A DNA stretch of 64,000 nucleotides from NCBI RefSeq assembly GCF_006345805.1, contig NC_043020.1:22196001-22260000 (forward strand). Reading direction: 5' to 3'. Of this stretch, positions 24,788-38,139 are shown in pieces. The position numbers were made by a program, and so were the translations under genes. A model generated the notes under the pieces. It worked only from the letters and a program-made list of their open reading frames with translations, did not search any database and was not told the DNA's origin. The stretch is from Octopus sinensis. Its lineage: Eukaryota. Position 1 is the first letter of the stretch. Each line of letters starts with the position of its first letter.

Positions 24788-26215
24788 CCCTTTCGTTACC
24801 AAACTGCCCAAAGCTGCCCGAAAAAAATTTTGGTTAATGTGACCAAACCGCCCAAACCTGCCCGTATTTACCTATTCATATTTAAATGAGAATATCAGAG
24901 CAAATCTCTTTAGTACATTCGTGAAAACACGTATTATACTTCGTAAACAGTTCAACTACAGTTTTGTACAACAATCGAAGTGTAATTTTAATTCCGTGAA
25001 TTTTGGGAGATTTTTTTCCGAAATTTGTTCCTATTGTGTTTTCGAAATTTGTAATTCTGACAAAAAATGGATACGAATTTCATTATATCAAGCAGTGAGT
25101 CAGAATTCGAAGGATTTTCTATTGAAGACCTCTATAAATCTAACTCTATGACTGAAAAAAAAAAGCACGTGGTATTTGATAATGAATCTGATGTTTCATT
25201 TTCCGAAAGTGAAAACAGTGAATCCGAGAGCTCCGACAGCGATAAAGAAAATGAATTGGCACCTGAATGGAGTGAAAATTTAAAAACTATTTCTTTCGGT
25301 GATTTTTCTGAAGAAAAGGACAAAGCCACAGACTTTCCCAGGAAAGTAAAGCCTTAGGCTATTTCTTTTTACTTTTTCGAATGAGCCTATTTGAAATCAT
25401 TATGGCGGAAACGAACCGTTACGCTAAACGTAAACAAAGCAAAAGAAACGATAGTTTGTGGTTTCCCACAACCTTAAATGAAATTAAGACTATTTTGCCA
25501 TAAATATTATTATGGGTATCAGAGAATCAAAAAAAAAATGTGTGTAATAGGTGTAAAACAACTTCCTATGAACGAATATGAAAAAAAAAATGCCCGCACG
25601 CGAAAGGGGGGTGGGGGAGAGGCCTCGGAAAATTCACATCGAGAATTTCCGAAAGCGTCTGAGGGGCTGACCCGGGCACCAAAACAAAAAAAATAGTGTA
25701 ATATGTGTAAAACAACTTGCTCTATACGAATATGACAAAAAAAATGCGCACTCGCGAAAGAGGGGTGGGGGAGAGGCCTCAGAAAATTTATATCGGGAAT
25801 TTCCAAAAGCGTCTAACCAGGCACAAAAACAAAAACAAAAATAGCGTAATAGGTGTAAAACAACTTGCTCTAAACGAATATGATGAAAAAAATGCGCGCT
25901 CGCGAAAGGGGGGTGGGGGAGAGGCTTCGGAAATTTCACATCTTCAGTCCACGGCCTTTAAACTAAGAAAAAATAGTGTAATTGGTGTAAAACTACTTGT
26001 TCTAAACGAGTATCAAGAACACACACTCACACATGAATCATAAACTCCGTATTTTTGTACATATTTTGCAAAAAAAAAAAATAAAGAGAAGAAATTCTGG
26101 AAAAAGTGAAGAAATGTTGGATCTCTGCCATGTGAATCAAAATACGTGTCTGAAACATCTTGAAATACTACAGAAATTATGTTACGAAAATGATAATGTA
26201 TACATACCTCTTTGA
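24788..26215 (+). mobile_element. piggyBac transposon remnant (left TIR, acidic N-terminus, start of transposase, internal deletion)
   Basis: TTAA at 24784-87 then CCCTTTCGTTACC. Acidic SESE-rich ORF from 25067, then YFFYFF..FEIIMAETNRYA...WFPTTLNEIK, the PGBD-type N-terminal motif. Right TIR not found. Confidence 0.75.
25535..26010. repeat. About three tandem 130-155-bp units inside the piggyBac remnant
   Basis: GTGTAAAACAACTTGCTCTAAACGAATATGA...CGCGAAAGGGGGGTGGGGGAGAGGC recurs near 25550, 25706 and 25853, with a partial copy near 25985. Confidence 0.85.
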
Positions 26216-26272
26216 GTGGTCCATCGACAGTGTTGATAAAGAAATGAGATGGGTTGCGTTTGGAGGAAAAAA

Positions 26273-27219
26273 TTATCTCGGGCCAGGATAAAGACTTGCT
26301 GCTACCAATAAGAATACGTGTATTCTCTTGGCAGCAGGTTTAATGCTGTCCATAAAAAGGAACTTTGCGATGTATTGTTTTAAGTAACAGGCACGAATGC
26401 CTGGGCGAACAACCGATCTCTTAACTGACCCCCACAATCTCTCTATCGTCTGTGTGTGCACCAACGCGTTTGTCGGATCAACAAAGTTTTCACTGTGGTT
26501 GATGTGGAAGTGGGTATACCCGAGATTTCCAAGAGAGTTATACGCAGCCCAAGAATCGCTATATACTACCGACCCTTGGCGTATATATCGGGTAATTAAG
26601 GGGATCAGTGTGGCGGCATCTCGCCTTTCCTCTTCACCACACTCAGATGAAAGAGGTATCAAAACTTTTTTTTGCCTATTCACTCTATCCCACCGAAAAG
26701 CCAGATAGTTTTTGTGAGTCTTCCACGATTGTATTTCCTCCTTACAATAACTGTTTCATCGATCTCTACTTCAACTCCTGGTCCACCGATTTAGTCCTGG
26801 TAATTCTCTACCCAATGCTGACAAACCTCGGAGCAGAAGGATCGCCAATCAATTGAGGTCGGATACGAAATGTTCAAATTTTCCACGACTAATGCATGCG
26901 ACCAACAGTCTGTAAGGAAGTAATTCACAAATAACAGGATTTTACAGGGTGGTAGCTGATTCCGCTCCAAAAATGTGTTGCTGTATAGGGATATTGAATA
27001 TCCACATTGCGTTGGCCTTTGCCTTCGACGGCGAACAGTCCTTCCACATCGGAAGATGTTTGTATTTTCGCGCAATGTACATGGTAAATTGCATCTAGGG
27101 CAGTCAACTGTGTTGGGAATGATATTATGTTTTCGAAAGAAATCTAATGCCTCACTGTCATTAGTAAATCGGCGAATCCCATCCTGTAATGTTAATTCAC
27201 ATGAATTGCAAAGTGCCAT
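26273..27219 (-). pseudogene. Merlin (IS1595/ISXO2-like) DDE transposase, two stops and one frameshift
   Basis: N-terminal CPRC...C...C finger, IGGPGVEVEIDET, WLFGGIE, YSDSWAAY, INHSENFVDP, HTQTIERLW. Confidence 0.88.
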
Positions 27220-27356
27220 TCTCTATCATACAACTTAATGCTTGTGTATCTACGACTGAAATGAATAAGAACTTGTTCTGTACCAAGGAGCGGGAAATAC
27301 TCCACACCAGAAGATGGGATGAATAAACACTGGTCAATGAAAGGTCAGTCTTTTGT

Positions 27357-27443
27357 CTAAGGACAGTTGTTTACAAGACAATTGTTGGTACCAAGTTCTA
27401 TTCAAATGCCTTATCAAATGTCCTTAAGGACAACTGTCCTTAG
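27357..27443. repeat. Small inverted-repeat element (CTAAGGACAGTTGT / ACAACTGTCCTTAG, about 60-bp spacer)
   Basis: Perfect 14-bp inverted repeat, possibly a tiny MITE. Confidence 0.5.
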
Positions 27444-28257
27444 GGGCCTGGACTTGAATAGGATAAAAGCAATGTTAGCCTTGGCAAAATTTGAACTCAG
27501 AACGCAAAGACAGACAGGATGCTGCCAAGCATTTTCTTGTCCATTGTGCTCACAGTTCTGCCAGTTTACCTTGATGTTGTTTTTGTTGTTAATGACAATA
27601 ATAATAATAACAACAATAATAATAATTAACAAGTTTAAATCAGGTGTAAACTAGTTGTAATAATTGTTTGATAACAACCATTCTAGTAGGTTCCATATTG
27701 AAGTTTTTTCTTTTTTTTTATGAATTTCATTTAATTTCTGTTTATTTTTTTTAATATTGATTTTTGACCCTCAGTTCAAGCTGTTGCCATCTTTTTGCGT
27801 CATCTTCCTATCTTCTGAACTTTTAGCAATGTCAGTTGTTATCATTTTCCTCACCATGGGTTGGCAGGGTAGAAGTTGGGGTGGGGGTCGTTTATCGTGT
27901 TCAAACTCTTACACACATGCGGGCACACACACATACACACTTCTTTTTTTCTCTAAATTTTCTTTTAAATCTTCTATCTGGCATACATCATACATGCACA
28001 CTCACATACACACACAAGTGTGTGTATTTATATTGTTGAAATTTATTGAAAAACAAAAAACAAAGACAGGTGTATGAACAACAAGCAGGTGTATTAGTTT
28101 GATGCTTGGGAAAAACAAAATCTTTTATGTTTCGAGCCTACGCTCATCACAGAAAGGAATAAGAGAAAATAAACAGAGAATGAAAAAAAATCTTGTAGAT
28201 TTAATGGTTAAGCATGGTGAATGTGTGTGTGTGTGTGTGAGAGAGAGAGAAAAATAT

Positions 28258-30384
28258 GTATGTGTGACTGTGGTAAAAAGCTTGCTTCTCAACCACATGA
28301 TTCCAAGTTCATTCCCACTGTGTGGCACCTTGGGCAAATGTCTTCTGCTATAGCTTCAGGCCAACCAAAGCCTTGTGAATGGATTTGGTTGACAAAAACT
28401 GAAAGAAACCCTTCATATATACACTTGCGTCAGAAATTAATTAGCACTTCTCAAATTTCTACATTTTCTTACATTTTCTTAACTTATTATCAGAAACGAA
28501 CTCGTTTTTAATCAAAAATTTATTAAAACATATCCCAGCATACCACATAATTGTTATTAATCGTGAAATTTAGTCAATATCTTGTTGCTCCTCCTTTGGC
28601 AGCAATGACAGCTGCTACGCGGGCTGGCATGCTGTCTATGAGTGCCTGCAGGTACTGTGCAGGGTTGGCCCTCCATGCAGCAAGAAGTGCCCCAAACAGC
28701 TCGTGTCGGTTCCTGTATTGCTGCACATTCAAATCCCTACCCAATCGACTCCAGAGGTTCTCAATAGGGTTCAGGTCAGGTGACTGGCCAGGCCAGTCCA
28801 TGACCGTCACCCCATGGTCCTTGAAGAAACCGGTTGTGAGCTTGGCTGTGTGGGGAGGCGCGTTGTCCTGCTGGAGCATGTACTCCTCGCCACCAAAGAA
28901 GTATCCCGCAGAGGGTAGGGCAGCATTCCGTACTATCTCAACGTACTTTGCTGCGTTGATGTTGCCTTCGACGGCATAGAGCCGCCCAACACCACTGTAG
29001 CTGAACGCCCCCCACACCATCAGACAACCCCCACCATGCTTCATGGTGGGAGCAATGCAGTCTTTGTTGAAGCGCTCACCCCTGTGGCGTCGCACATGGA
29101 CAGGCTTGTCACTGACGAGACTGACTCGTCAGTGAACATCACTGTCCGCCACTGCTGCACGGTCCATGTCTTGTGGGCACGGGCCCAGAGCAGTCGCCTC
29201 TTCCGGTTTGGGGCTGTAAGGAGCGGCTTACGGGCGGCCATACAGGATTTTAGACCAGCTTCCAGTAATCTGGTCTTGACAGTGGTTGTAGACAACTGCT
29301 TCCCTGTCACCTTTTGCATCTCCTCCGCCAGTTGCTGGCTCGTTGCCCTTCGGTTGTTCAGTGACTTTCGGATCAGCATCCGGTCCTCCCGCTGGGTCGT
29401 CAGCCTCTTCCGTCCCCTACCCTTTTTGTCAGCTGCTGATCCGGTTTCCTCGTATTTCTTAAATAAGCACTGAATTGTGCGCCTGGCTATACCAAGTTTT
29501 CTGGCTATTGCAGTCTCCGACAGCTTCCCACGCCACGAGAGAGCCTCGTACCGTCTCTCCAAGGTCATGCGAGGTCTTGGGCCCATCTAGGAATGAATAA
29601 TAAAAACCAGTTATTTTCATTAAAACTATTCATTTGAATAATGTTATGCTATAACAAAACTGCTATGAGTTATTATTCATTAAACAAAAAAGAAAGAAAG
29701 CAGAATTTCTCACCTTATTTGATTTATAACAGAAAGTTTTGTGAACCAGAAGTGACGTCATCAAGCAGAGTGTAGGAGAATTTGTGAGGAAAAAAAATCT
29801 TGCAAATACACAAATCAATTAACCTACGAGCTGTTCAAAACGTCTTACGCGATGAGAAAACTTAGTACGGTGTGATTTCGCTCCTTGTGAGGCGCTACCT
29901 ATATCTATTAAACAAAGGAAGATTTGTCTGCATCCGCACTCCAAGTTGTTGTTGCACTGCTATGTCAACATCATTAGGCTGTAGACTTTCAAACCGCTCG
30001 CTCTGCAAACAAAGTTACGTCATCGTTCTGCGCAACAGTGAACTCGCAACAAAGCAATAGTTCGAGATATGGCCACTAGGTGACAGCACATACCTTGAGT
30101 GAAGAGCAAATCAAGGGTGCTATTCTGACGGTAGTGTACATATATATATGTATGCATGTATGTATTTGTGTGTGTGTGTGTGTGTGTTTGTCCCCCGCCA
30201 TCACTCAACTAATGCTGGTGTACTTATGTCACTGTAACTTAGCAGTGTAGCAAAAGAGTTTGATAGAATAAGTACTAGGCTTATAAAGAATAAGTCCTAG
30301 AGTCAATTTCTTCGACCAACTCTTTAATGTGGTGCTCCAGCATGGCTGCAGTCAAATGACTGAAACAAGTAGAAGAATAAAAGA

Positions 30385-30385
<1 letters not shown>
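28258..30385 (+). mobile_element. SINE family 1 copy split by the Tc1 insertion (5' half 28258-28421, 3' half 30137-30385)
   Basis: Head and core lie before the TA at 28420-21. Body and tail resume after the TA at 30137-38. Confidence 0.8.
28422..30136 (-). mobile_element. Tc1-family DD34E transposon with TIRs and TA target duplication; transposase 29586-28574 frameshifted
   Basis: GRKR linker, FTDES, QQDNAP-34aa-PIENLW, SPDLNPIE. TIR CACTTGCGTCAGAAATTAATTAGCAC matches GTGCTATTCTGACGGTAGTG imperfectly. TA on both sides. Confidence 0.92.
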
Positions 30386-30416
<31 letters not shown>

Positions 30417-30702
30417 CTTGTCTTTGAATGTATATGTGTGTGTGTGTATTTATACACAGAAGCATGGAAAAATGGACATTAAAATACAATGATGGTGATG
30501 GTATGCATGTTAAGAAGTTTATTTCCAACTTCATAGCCCCTTGGGCAAGTATCTTCATCCTGGAATAACCAAAGGTGTGGGAGTTGATTTTGTTGATTGA
30601 AGCTGCAAAAGAAGCTCATCATATATACGTGCATTTTTATGGCATGTAAAAAGCATTCGTGTCTGTGTCACGTAAAAGGGCTCATGCTGGTGCCACATTT
30701 AA

Positions 30703-30929
30703 CCCTTTTGTTCCCATATTTCTGTTGAGATGCTCTATGTTTCTTTCAATTAATTTTAAGTATAACAAAGAATTTAGTAAAATAACTTTAGTTAGTTATA
30801 ATTAAGCTGGTGTTAGAAACATAGATTGTGACTAAGGTTTGGTGGAAAACTTCAGTTCAGAACTTTTGAAAACAAAACATTTGCACTACAGAGCCAGAGG
30901 CAGTTTCAGCCGGGTTGGTATCAAAAGGG
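30703..30929 (+). mobile_element. piggyBac-type MITE
   Basis: TTAA-CCCTTTTG ... CAAAAGGG-TTAA. Confidence 0.85.
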
Positions 30930-31552
30930 TTAAAACATCAAGCACACACTGTAAAGTAGTTGGTGTTTGGAAGGGCATCCAGTTGTAGAAGCCATGCCAA
31001 AACACCATGGAACCGGGTACAGCTCTCTGGCCTTGTCAGCTCTGGTTAAATTGTCCAACCCATGCCAGCAATGAAAAACAGACGTCAAAGGATGATGTTG
31101 ATGATGTGTGCACACTTGTGGTGTGTGGGTGCTGCATCAACTGGTCATTGTTTGAAATTCACGACATCCTCTGTGTTCTGTTGGCATTTTCCTTTTAACA
31201 ATTTTGTCTCTCTGCTTCATTTTGTATCCTTAAAGTCCAGTGGGATCCTTTATTTGAAAAGGAAATAAAGGTTAAGGGCTGGAAAGGCATCCGGTTGTAA
31301 AACAACACCTCCATACACATATTCACCTAACACATGCTGTCATGGAAAAATCCATCATAAACAAATGAACAAATACACACACACATACACATATATATGT
31401 ATATGCGTATGTGTATGTGTATGTGTGTGTGTATATATATACACACGCACACATATACATGAATATATTTATGCATATTCATATACCTGCATGTATATGT
31501 ATACATACATATTTATGTACACACACACACACATATATATATACATACACAC

Positions 31553-31678
31553 ACACGAAGGGGTACCCAAAACGAACTGTGGGTCATAATCAAGTAGCTT
31601 CTAGTGGCAGAAGCCTGAACTACAATGGGTTTGTTCCACAGAGAACATTTCTGGTTACTTTTGGGTACTCCCTTGTAT
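31553..31678. mobile_element. Small Tc1/mariner-type MITE
   Basis: ACGAAGGGGTACCCAAAA ... TTTTGGGTACTCCCTTGT imperfect TIRs in a TA-rich context. Confidence 0.55.
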
Positions 31679-31705
31679 ATATCTAGACACACACACACAC
31701 ACACA

Positions 31706-31954
<249 letters not shown>

Positions 31955-33073
31955 GTGTTTGTGTGTAGATATATATACATATATATATATATGTATGTAT
32001 GTATGTATGTGAAACCAGCACGTGTGATCATGTGTTTCTCTTGCAAATCCTTTGGGCATTTATACATGGATGTCAGGATAGTCTTGAGTCCATGGTGTTC
32101 CTTGTTTTTTTTTCTTTTGACAGTAAATGACCAACCCCTAATCCTGTTGGGGACATTTTCCTCATTGTCATATTATTTGTTGTCATTGTTTTCCTTTTTA
32201 CTGCAACCCTGTTTCACCTTCTCTCTTGGACAATAAAACTAGAAAATTATTAATATCAATAATGGTATATTGGCAAATTCTTTAGATTCTGTCAGTCAGT
32301 CTACAATCTTTAGAATATCACATAAAATCATCATCATCCTTATCATCTTCATCACCACCTCCACCATTATCATCATCATCATCACCTCCACCAACATTAT
32401 CATCATCACCTCCACCAGCATTATCAACATTATCATCACCATCATCATCATCATCACCACCACCTCCACCAGCATCATCATCATCATCATCACCACCAGC
32501 ATCATCATCATCATCATCATCATCACCATGTGTTTTTTCTCCATACTCGCATGGGATGGATGGTTTGACTGGAGGTGACAAATCAGAAGACTGCACCAAA
32601 CCCTGTTGTCTATTTGGTAATGGTTTCCTGGATGGAATATATTTCTGGTACCCACCACTTCACAGAGCACACTGGATGCTTTTTACGTGGCACAAGAGAA
32701 CCCAGTGATGTCACCAAACAACTTGCAATGCAAGACCCCTCAACCGCAAGGAGGATTAGTATTCAGGGACAGGAAAAGGAATCTGGCATTAGAAAGGAGA
32801 CATGGTTAACTTAAGGGGGAGAGGATAGAGAGAGTTGGGGGAGGAGAGCAAGAAGATGGGGTAGTTATGGCAGGGAGCGGGATCAGGTAAGTGAGCCAAG
32901 GATTAGAGAGGACGAGTGGCTTCTTTTAGTTTCCATTCACGAAATCCACTCACAGGGCTTTGCTTGCACTGGGGCTGTAGTGGAAGATATTTGTCCAAGG
33001 TGCCACACGGTAGGACTGAACCTGAAACCTTATGGTTGCAAAGTGAGCTTTCAACCCTCATGGCCGTCCCTGC

Positions 33074-33108
<35 letters not shown>

Positions 33109-33291
33109 AGTGGCATGTAAAAAGTACTCACTACACTCTCAGAGTGGTTGGTTTTAGGAAGGGCATTCAGCCATAGAAACCATGCCATATCAGATTGGAA
33201 CCCAGTGCAGCTTCCTGGTTTACCACTTCTCAGTCAAACTGTCCAACCCATGCCAGCATGGAAAACAGACATTAAATGAAGATGATATATA

Positions 33292-34060
33292 TATCATCAT
33301 CATCGTTTAACGTCCATTTTCCATGCTAGCATGGGTTGGGTGATTCGACCGGGGTCTGGGAAGCCAGGAGGCTGCACCAGGCTCCAGTCTGATCTTGTAG
33401 TGTTTCTACAGCTGGATGCCCTTCCTAATGCCAACCACTCCATGAGTGTAGTGGGTGCTTTTTATGTGCCACCAGCACAGGTGCCAGGGGAGGCTGGAAA
33501 CAGTCCCGTTCGGATGGTGCTTTTTACTTGTCACCGGCACAAGTATCACAACTACAATTTCCATTTGATTTTTATTTTGATGTTGATGTACTTGACTCAA
33601 TAGGTCTGCTCAAGTACTGCAGGTCGCCCTACAATCCAAGGTAAGCACAGTAGGCCATCCTGTGATCCAAGGTACCTTGGATGGGCTGGGGCTGCTATGT
33701 GAAGCTGGTGCAGGAAACATCCATGAACTCACGTTATTTGTTGGGTCTTCGCAGTCACAGTATATCTCCAAAGATCTTGGTCTTTCGTCATTGCCTCTGT
33801 GAGGCCCAACGTTCGAAGGTCATGCTTGACCACCTCATTCCATGTCTTCCTGGTCTACCTCTACCCCGGATTCCTTCAACTGTTTGGGAGTGGCACTTCT
33901 TCACACATCTCTCCTCATCCATCCGTAGTACATGACCATACCAGCATAAATGTCTCTCTTGCATGCCACATCCAATTCTTCTTATGTCCAACATTTCTCT
34001 TAGGGTGCTTACACTGTCGTGAGCCACACTGACATACACACAGACACACACACACACACA
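33292..34060 (-). mobile_element. RTE 3' fragment (ORF end, 3' UTR, (GAT)n tail)
   Basis: WYGHVLRMDEERCVKKCHSQTVEGIRGRGRP, followed by the same UTR and tail as other RTE copies. Confidence 0.85.
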
Positions 34061-34474
34061 CATATATGTATATATATATTGTGGCACTCCAACACTTACG
34101 ACAATGAGGGTTCCAGTTGATCTGATCAACAGAACAGCCTGCTCGTGAAATTAACATGCAAGTGGCTGAGCATTCCACAGACACATGTACTCTTAACATA
34201 GTTCTCTGGGAGATTCAGCTTGACACAGAGTGTGGCAAGGCTGGCCCTTTGAAATGCAGGTACAACAGAAACAGGAAGAAAAAGTGATAGAAAGTTGAGG
34301 TGGAAGAATACAGCAGGGTTTGCCACCACTCCCTGCCAGAGCCTCATAGAGCTTCAAGTGTTTTTGCTCAATAAACACTCACAACACTTGGTCTGGAAAT
34401 TGAAACTGCAATCCTATGACCACGAGTCCTCTCTCCTAACCACTGGGGCATTGCGCCTCCACACACACACACAT

Positions 34475-34522
<48 letters not shown>

Positions 34523-34640
34523 AGTAATTACACATCTAAGAAACGTAAAGACTTACCATCAACAGCATTCCATTTTCTTTCTTTTAACCATCAACCATTT
34601 TCTCTGACTAATAAAGAAATCTCTAACTTTTTCGTTGCAG

Positions 34641-34719
34641 CTTCATCTCTATGGCGATGTGGATGCACTCTTTAATAAATCCGAAAACGTCATCTATATA
34701 TCTAACCACCAGAGTACTG
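34641..34719 (+). CDS. AGPAT5: AGPAT5-like 1-acyl-sn-glycerol-3-phosphate acyltransferase, internal exon (LHLYGDVDALFNKSENVIYISNHQST)
   Basis: Acceptor ttcgttgcAG at 34639-40, donor GTAAGT at 34720. Ends in phase 1 (G) and joins TC of the next exon to give V in the catalytic NHQSTVD (HX4D) motif. Recalled similarity to vertebrate ILLYGDLPKNKENIIYLANHQST. Confidence 0.9.
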
Positions 34720-35664
34720 GTAAGTACTGGCTTAATCTGGTTTTGACACAGCCATATAAGGTCAATATTGATAGATTGAAGGGGACACTGTTCAATGAAT
34801 TGACACCCAATATATTACTGGTACTTATTTTATTATTGCTACCAGCATGTCATGGAAGACCTCTTCTAAACTTTTCAAAGCATAAATGCTGTTTAAATTG
34901 ATTTTTTGCTTATTTCTTGAAATATTAAAATTTTGGGGGCATCTGGTCATAGAAAACATGCCTCAACAAACTCCATCAGACCCATGCAAACATGGAGAAT
35001 CATCATCATCATTATTTAGCGTCTGTTTTCCATGCTGGCATGGGTGGGATGATTTCACAGGAGTTGGCCAGAGTTGTCTGTTTTGGTATGGTTTCTACAA
35101 CTGGTTTCCCTTTCTAATGCCGCCCACTTTACAGAGTGTATTGGGTGTTTTTTGAGTGATGTCAGCACAAGTGCTTTTACATGACACCAGCACAGGTGTT
35201 TTATGTGACACCGGCACAGGTGTTTTACATGCACCAGCATTTTACATGGCACAAACATGGAATATAACATTAAAAAATGGATGTAAAATGGTTATGATGA
35301 CAATGAGGATATATATAAATAAATAATTAAAATTTAGATAAAAAGAAAAGACGAAGGCAGGTGTATGAATAACAAGCAAGTGTATTAATTTGACACTCAG
35401 GAAAATAAAAAAGTCACTGAATCTTTCTGACTGTCGGCAACCTGGACATTGGTTCAGTTCCATTGAAAGGGTTTCAAATTTGGTTAATAGTCAGTTTTTG
35501 TAGGTCCTTTAGTTGCTTTTCTGCTGTTTGATGAATTTACAAACATATAAGTCTGTCTTCACATTGGTTGATTCAACCTGTCGTCATTGCTTGTCACTTC
35601 TGGTTAACTTACTTCCTTTCTTTTATGTCAGATCAAAGTAAATCAACATGGCTACAGTAACAGA

Positions 35665-36140
35665 AGGTTGCGAGCTGGCAGAATCGTTAGAATGCTGGAC
35701 GAAATGCATATCGTCCGTCTTTACTTTCTGAGCCCAAATTCAACTGGGGTCCACTTTGCCTTTCATCCTTTCAAGGCTTGATAAAATAAGAACCAGTTGA
35801 GCACTGGGGTCAATGTAATAGACTAGCCCCTCCCCTCAACTTGCTGGCCTTGTGCCAAACTTTGAAACCAATGCGAATAGAGTGTCAGAAGGTGGGAGGG
35901 GGTACAGTAGAAAGGAAACTAACAAGAACATCAGAGAGAGAGAGTAATATAATAAAGAAAGAAAGGTGGTGAGCTGACAGAAACGTTAGCATGCCAGGTG
36001 AAAAAATGCTTAGTGGTATTTCATCTACCTTTATGTTTTGAGTTCAAATTCAGTGGAGGTTGACTTTGCCTTTCATCCTTTCAGGGTCAATAAATTAAGT
36101 ACCAGTCATGTACTGGGGTTGATCTAATCCCCTTATACCT
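35665..36140 (+). mobile_element. Two degenerate copies of a second tRNA-derived SINE family (further copies at about 48460-49110)
   Basis: GAGCTGGCAGAATCGTTAG head and conserved ACTTTGCCTTTCATCCTTTC.GGGTCGATAAATTAAGTACCAG core, reminiscent of widely shared central SINE domains. Confidence 0.7.
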
Positions 36141-37511
36141 AGTACAGAAAAGAATATAATAAAGAAGGAAAAAGTCCCCAATGGGAATTATTCCGACAAC
36201 CATTTATACACAATAATAATTTATAAAATGAAGCAAGCAATGGTTTATTTTATTTTAGTTTTACATGTTTTTTCTAATAGTTTAACTTTAAAATAGTTTT
36301 TCTTAACTTTGCATGTGATGTATGACAGAAATTTGTCTCCAGTGAGTCACAAATTGAACAATATTGTGAGTCACTGTTATCAAGACTGACATGTTTATTT
36401 AAATGTAAGGTAAACAGTACAGTACATATATAATTCTGTTTAGTTTCAGTATGTCAAATAGACATCATCAACATTGACAACCTTGCCGTCATCATCATTA
36501 TTGTCATCATCATCATCATCCTCCTTTTCCTCTGCCTCTTTTCATATCCATTTTATAATGTTTGCATGGGTTTGATGAATCTACATTGTTTCGCCACTTG
36601 TTGCAGTCTTTTTGTCATCTCCTTGTTAAGGTCCAACCTTTTGCGGTCAGTTTCACCACTACTTCTCACATCTTCTTTGGTCTTCTTCTTCCAAACAGCC
36701 CTTCCACTACAATTCCCTCACATTTCCTCATCCACCATCCCCATCACGTATCTATACCGGCTTCTTTCTCTTTCATTACATGCTTTCCTCCTTCCTTTCC
36801 GCTTTCACTCACCCTCTACAAACAATCTCCACATTTTGCTGCCATGTAAGATTGCACTTCACCCACAATTAGCCTTTCACTCTCACAGATTCCCTTTGTT
36901 ACCCACAGAGCTAATAAATAGCTCCCTGCACTTTAGCCATTGCAATCTTACTTTGTGTACATGTTTTCAGAACTTTATCCTTGATGTAAGTTACATCACC
37001 TTGGTAACACAAGTTATATCCTGCTGTTGTGTGTGTGGGTTTTGTCGTTTACATTGGTGAGTGGCCCTGGAAAGCTCTGGTATTGTGGTGGAAGAGGCTG
37101 AAACCCCAACAGAAGTGCTTCGTCACCTCATGAGACACCTCAACTCCAACATTTGGAGATGGAGGATGGGAGCACCTTCAGCATGCAGAGTGTTTATCCT
37201 AAAATATCGACTTCAAAGGAACTTTCAGAGTTCACTTCCTGGACAGAGGAACCCCTTGAGTCTTTGAGCCAGGCACCTCATTCCATGGTGCTCCAGTCTA
37301 CTCAGCTTGTTACTGAGTACCAGCTGAGTACTCCCTGTTCCTCTGAATGTAGGAGGGCAGCGCTGAAAGGTTGTCTGTTTCTACACACGACTACATAAAC
37401 ACTTGAAACATTTAGTGAAAGTATGGTACATACCATCTACTCGTACTTGCTTGTGAATGATGGCTATGGTTCCCTCCCTCCCTCCTTCCTTCCTTCCCAC
37501 CCACCCTTCCT

Positions 37512-37555
<44 letters not shown>

Positions 37556-38139
37556 TTTCTTTCTTCCTTCCTTCTAGGTAGGTGGTAGGTAGCTGGCTAG
37601 CTAGAAGGGTATTTTCCAAATTTTTCACCATTAGAAGACATTGTGGGGACATTTGAAATAAATCCCATATTTCAGGGAACCCCATATCCTTTTTTAAACT
37701 TTTTTCTCTTTCTCTTCCACAAATTTTATAATATAAATGCAGGTATTTTTCCAATAACTGATTTTAGCAAAAAATATATTAAATTCTTCTCAAGTTTTTT
37801 GACTGTGTAAAAAAAAAAATAACAAAAATCAACCTGGAGGTTTAAGAAAAAGAAAACAAAAATATCAAACACATCTGGGTTAACAAAAATAAACATAAAT
37901 AGCCAACGTCCTATATAAACAGAACATCGATGATAATAACTAGCACAACGATGATAATAATAATAACTTAATATTATTGGAAAGGTTGAAAATAGATGAA
38001 AGCAGAATGTGATCTGGGTGGAGACATTGTTATATTTTTGAATCTAATGAAGATAATGGAGTTTGCCTTTCTAATGAGAAACTCTGTGTTTGCCTTTTTG
38101 CACACACAAGTCCTTGATTCAGGATTGAACTTTAGGCAC

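Noticed and set aside
26218-27340. Merlin terminal inverted repeats
   Set aside because: Only a weak match (AACACTGTCGATGG versus AACACTGGTCAATG) and no 8-9-bp target duplication, so element ends were not assigned.
29899-30060. Helitron-like 5' end (TCTATTAAACAAAGGAAGATTTG)
   Set aside because: It lies inside the Tc1 TIR-defined boundaries and no 3' hairpin-CTAG end was found.
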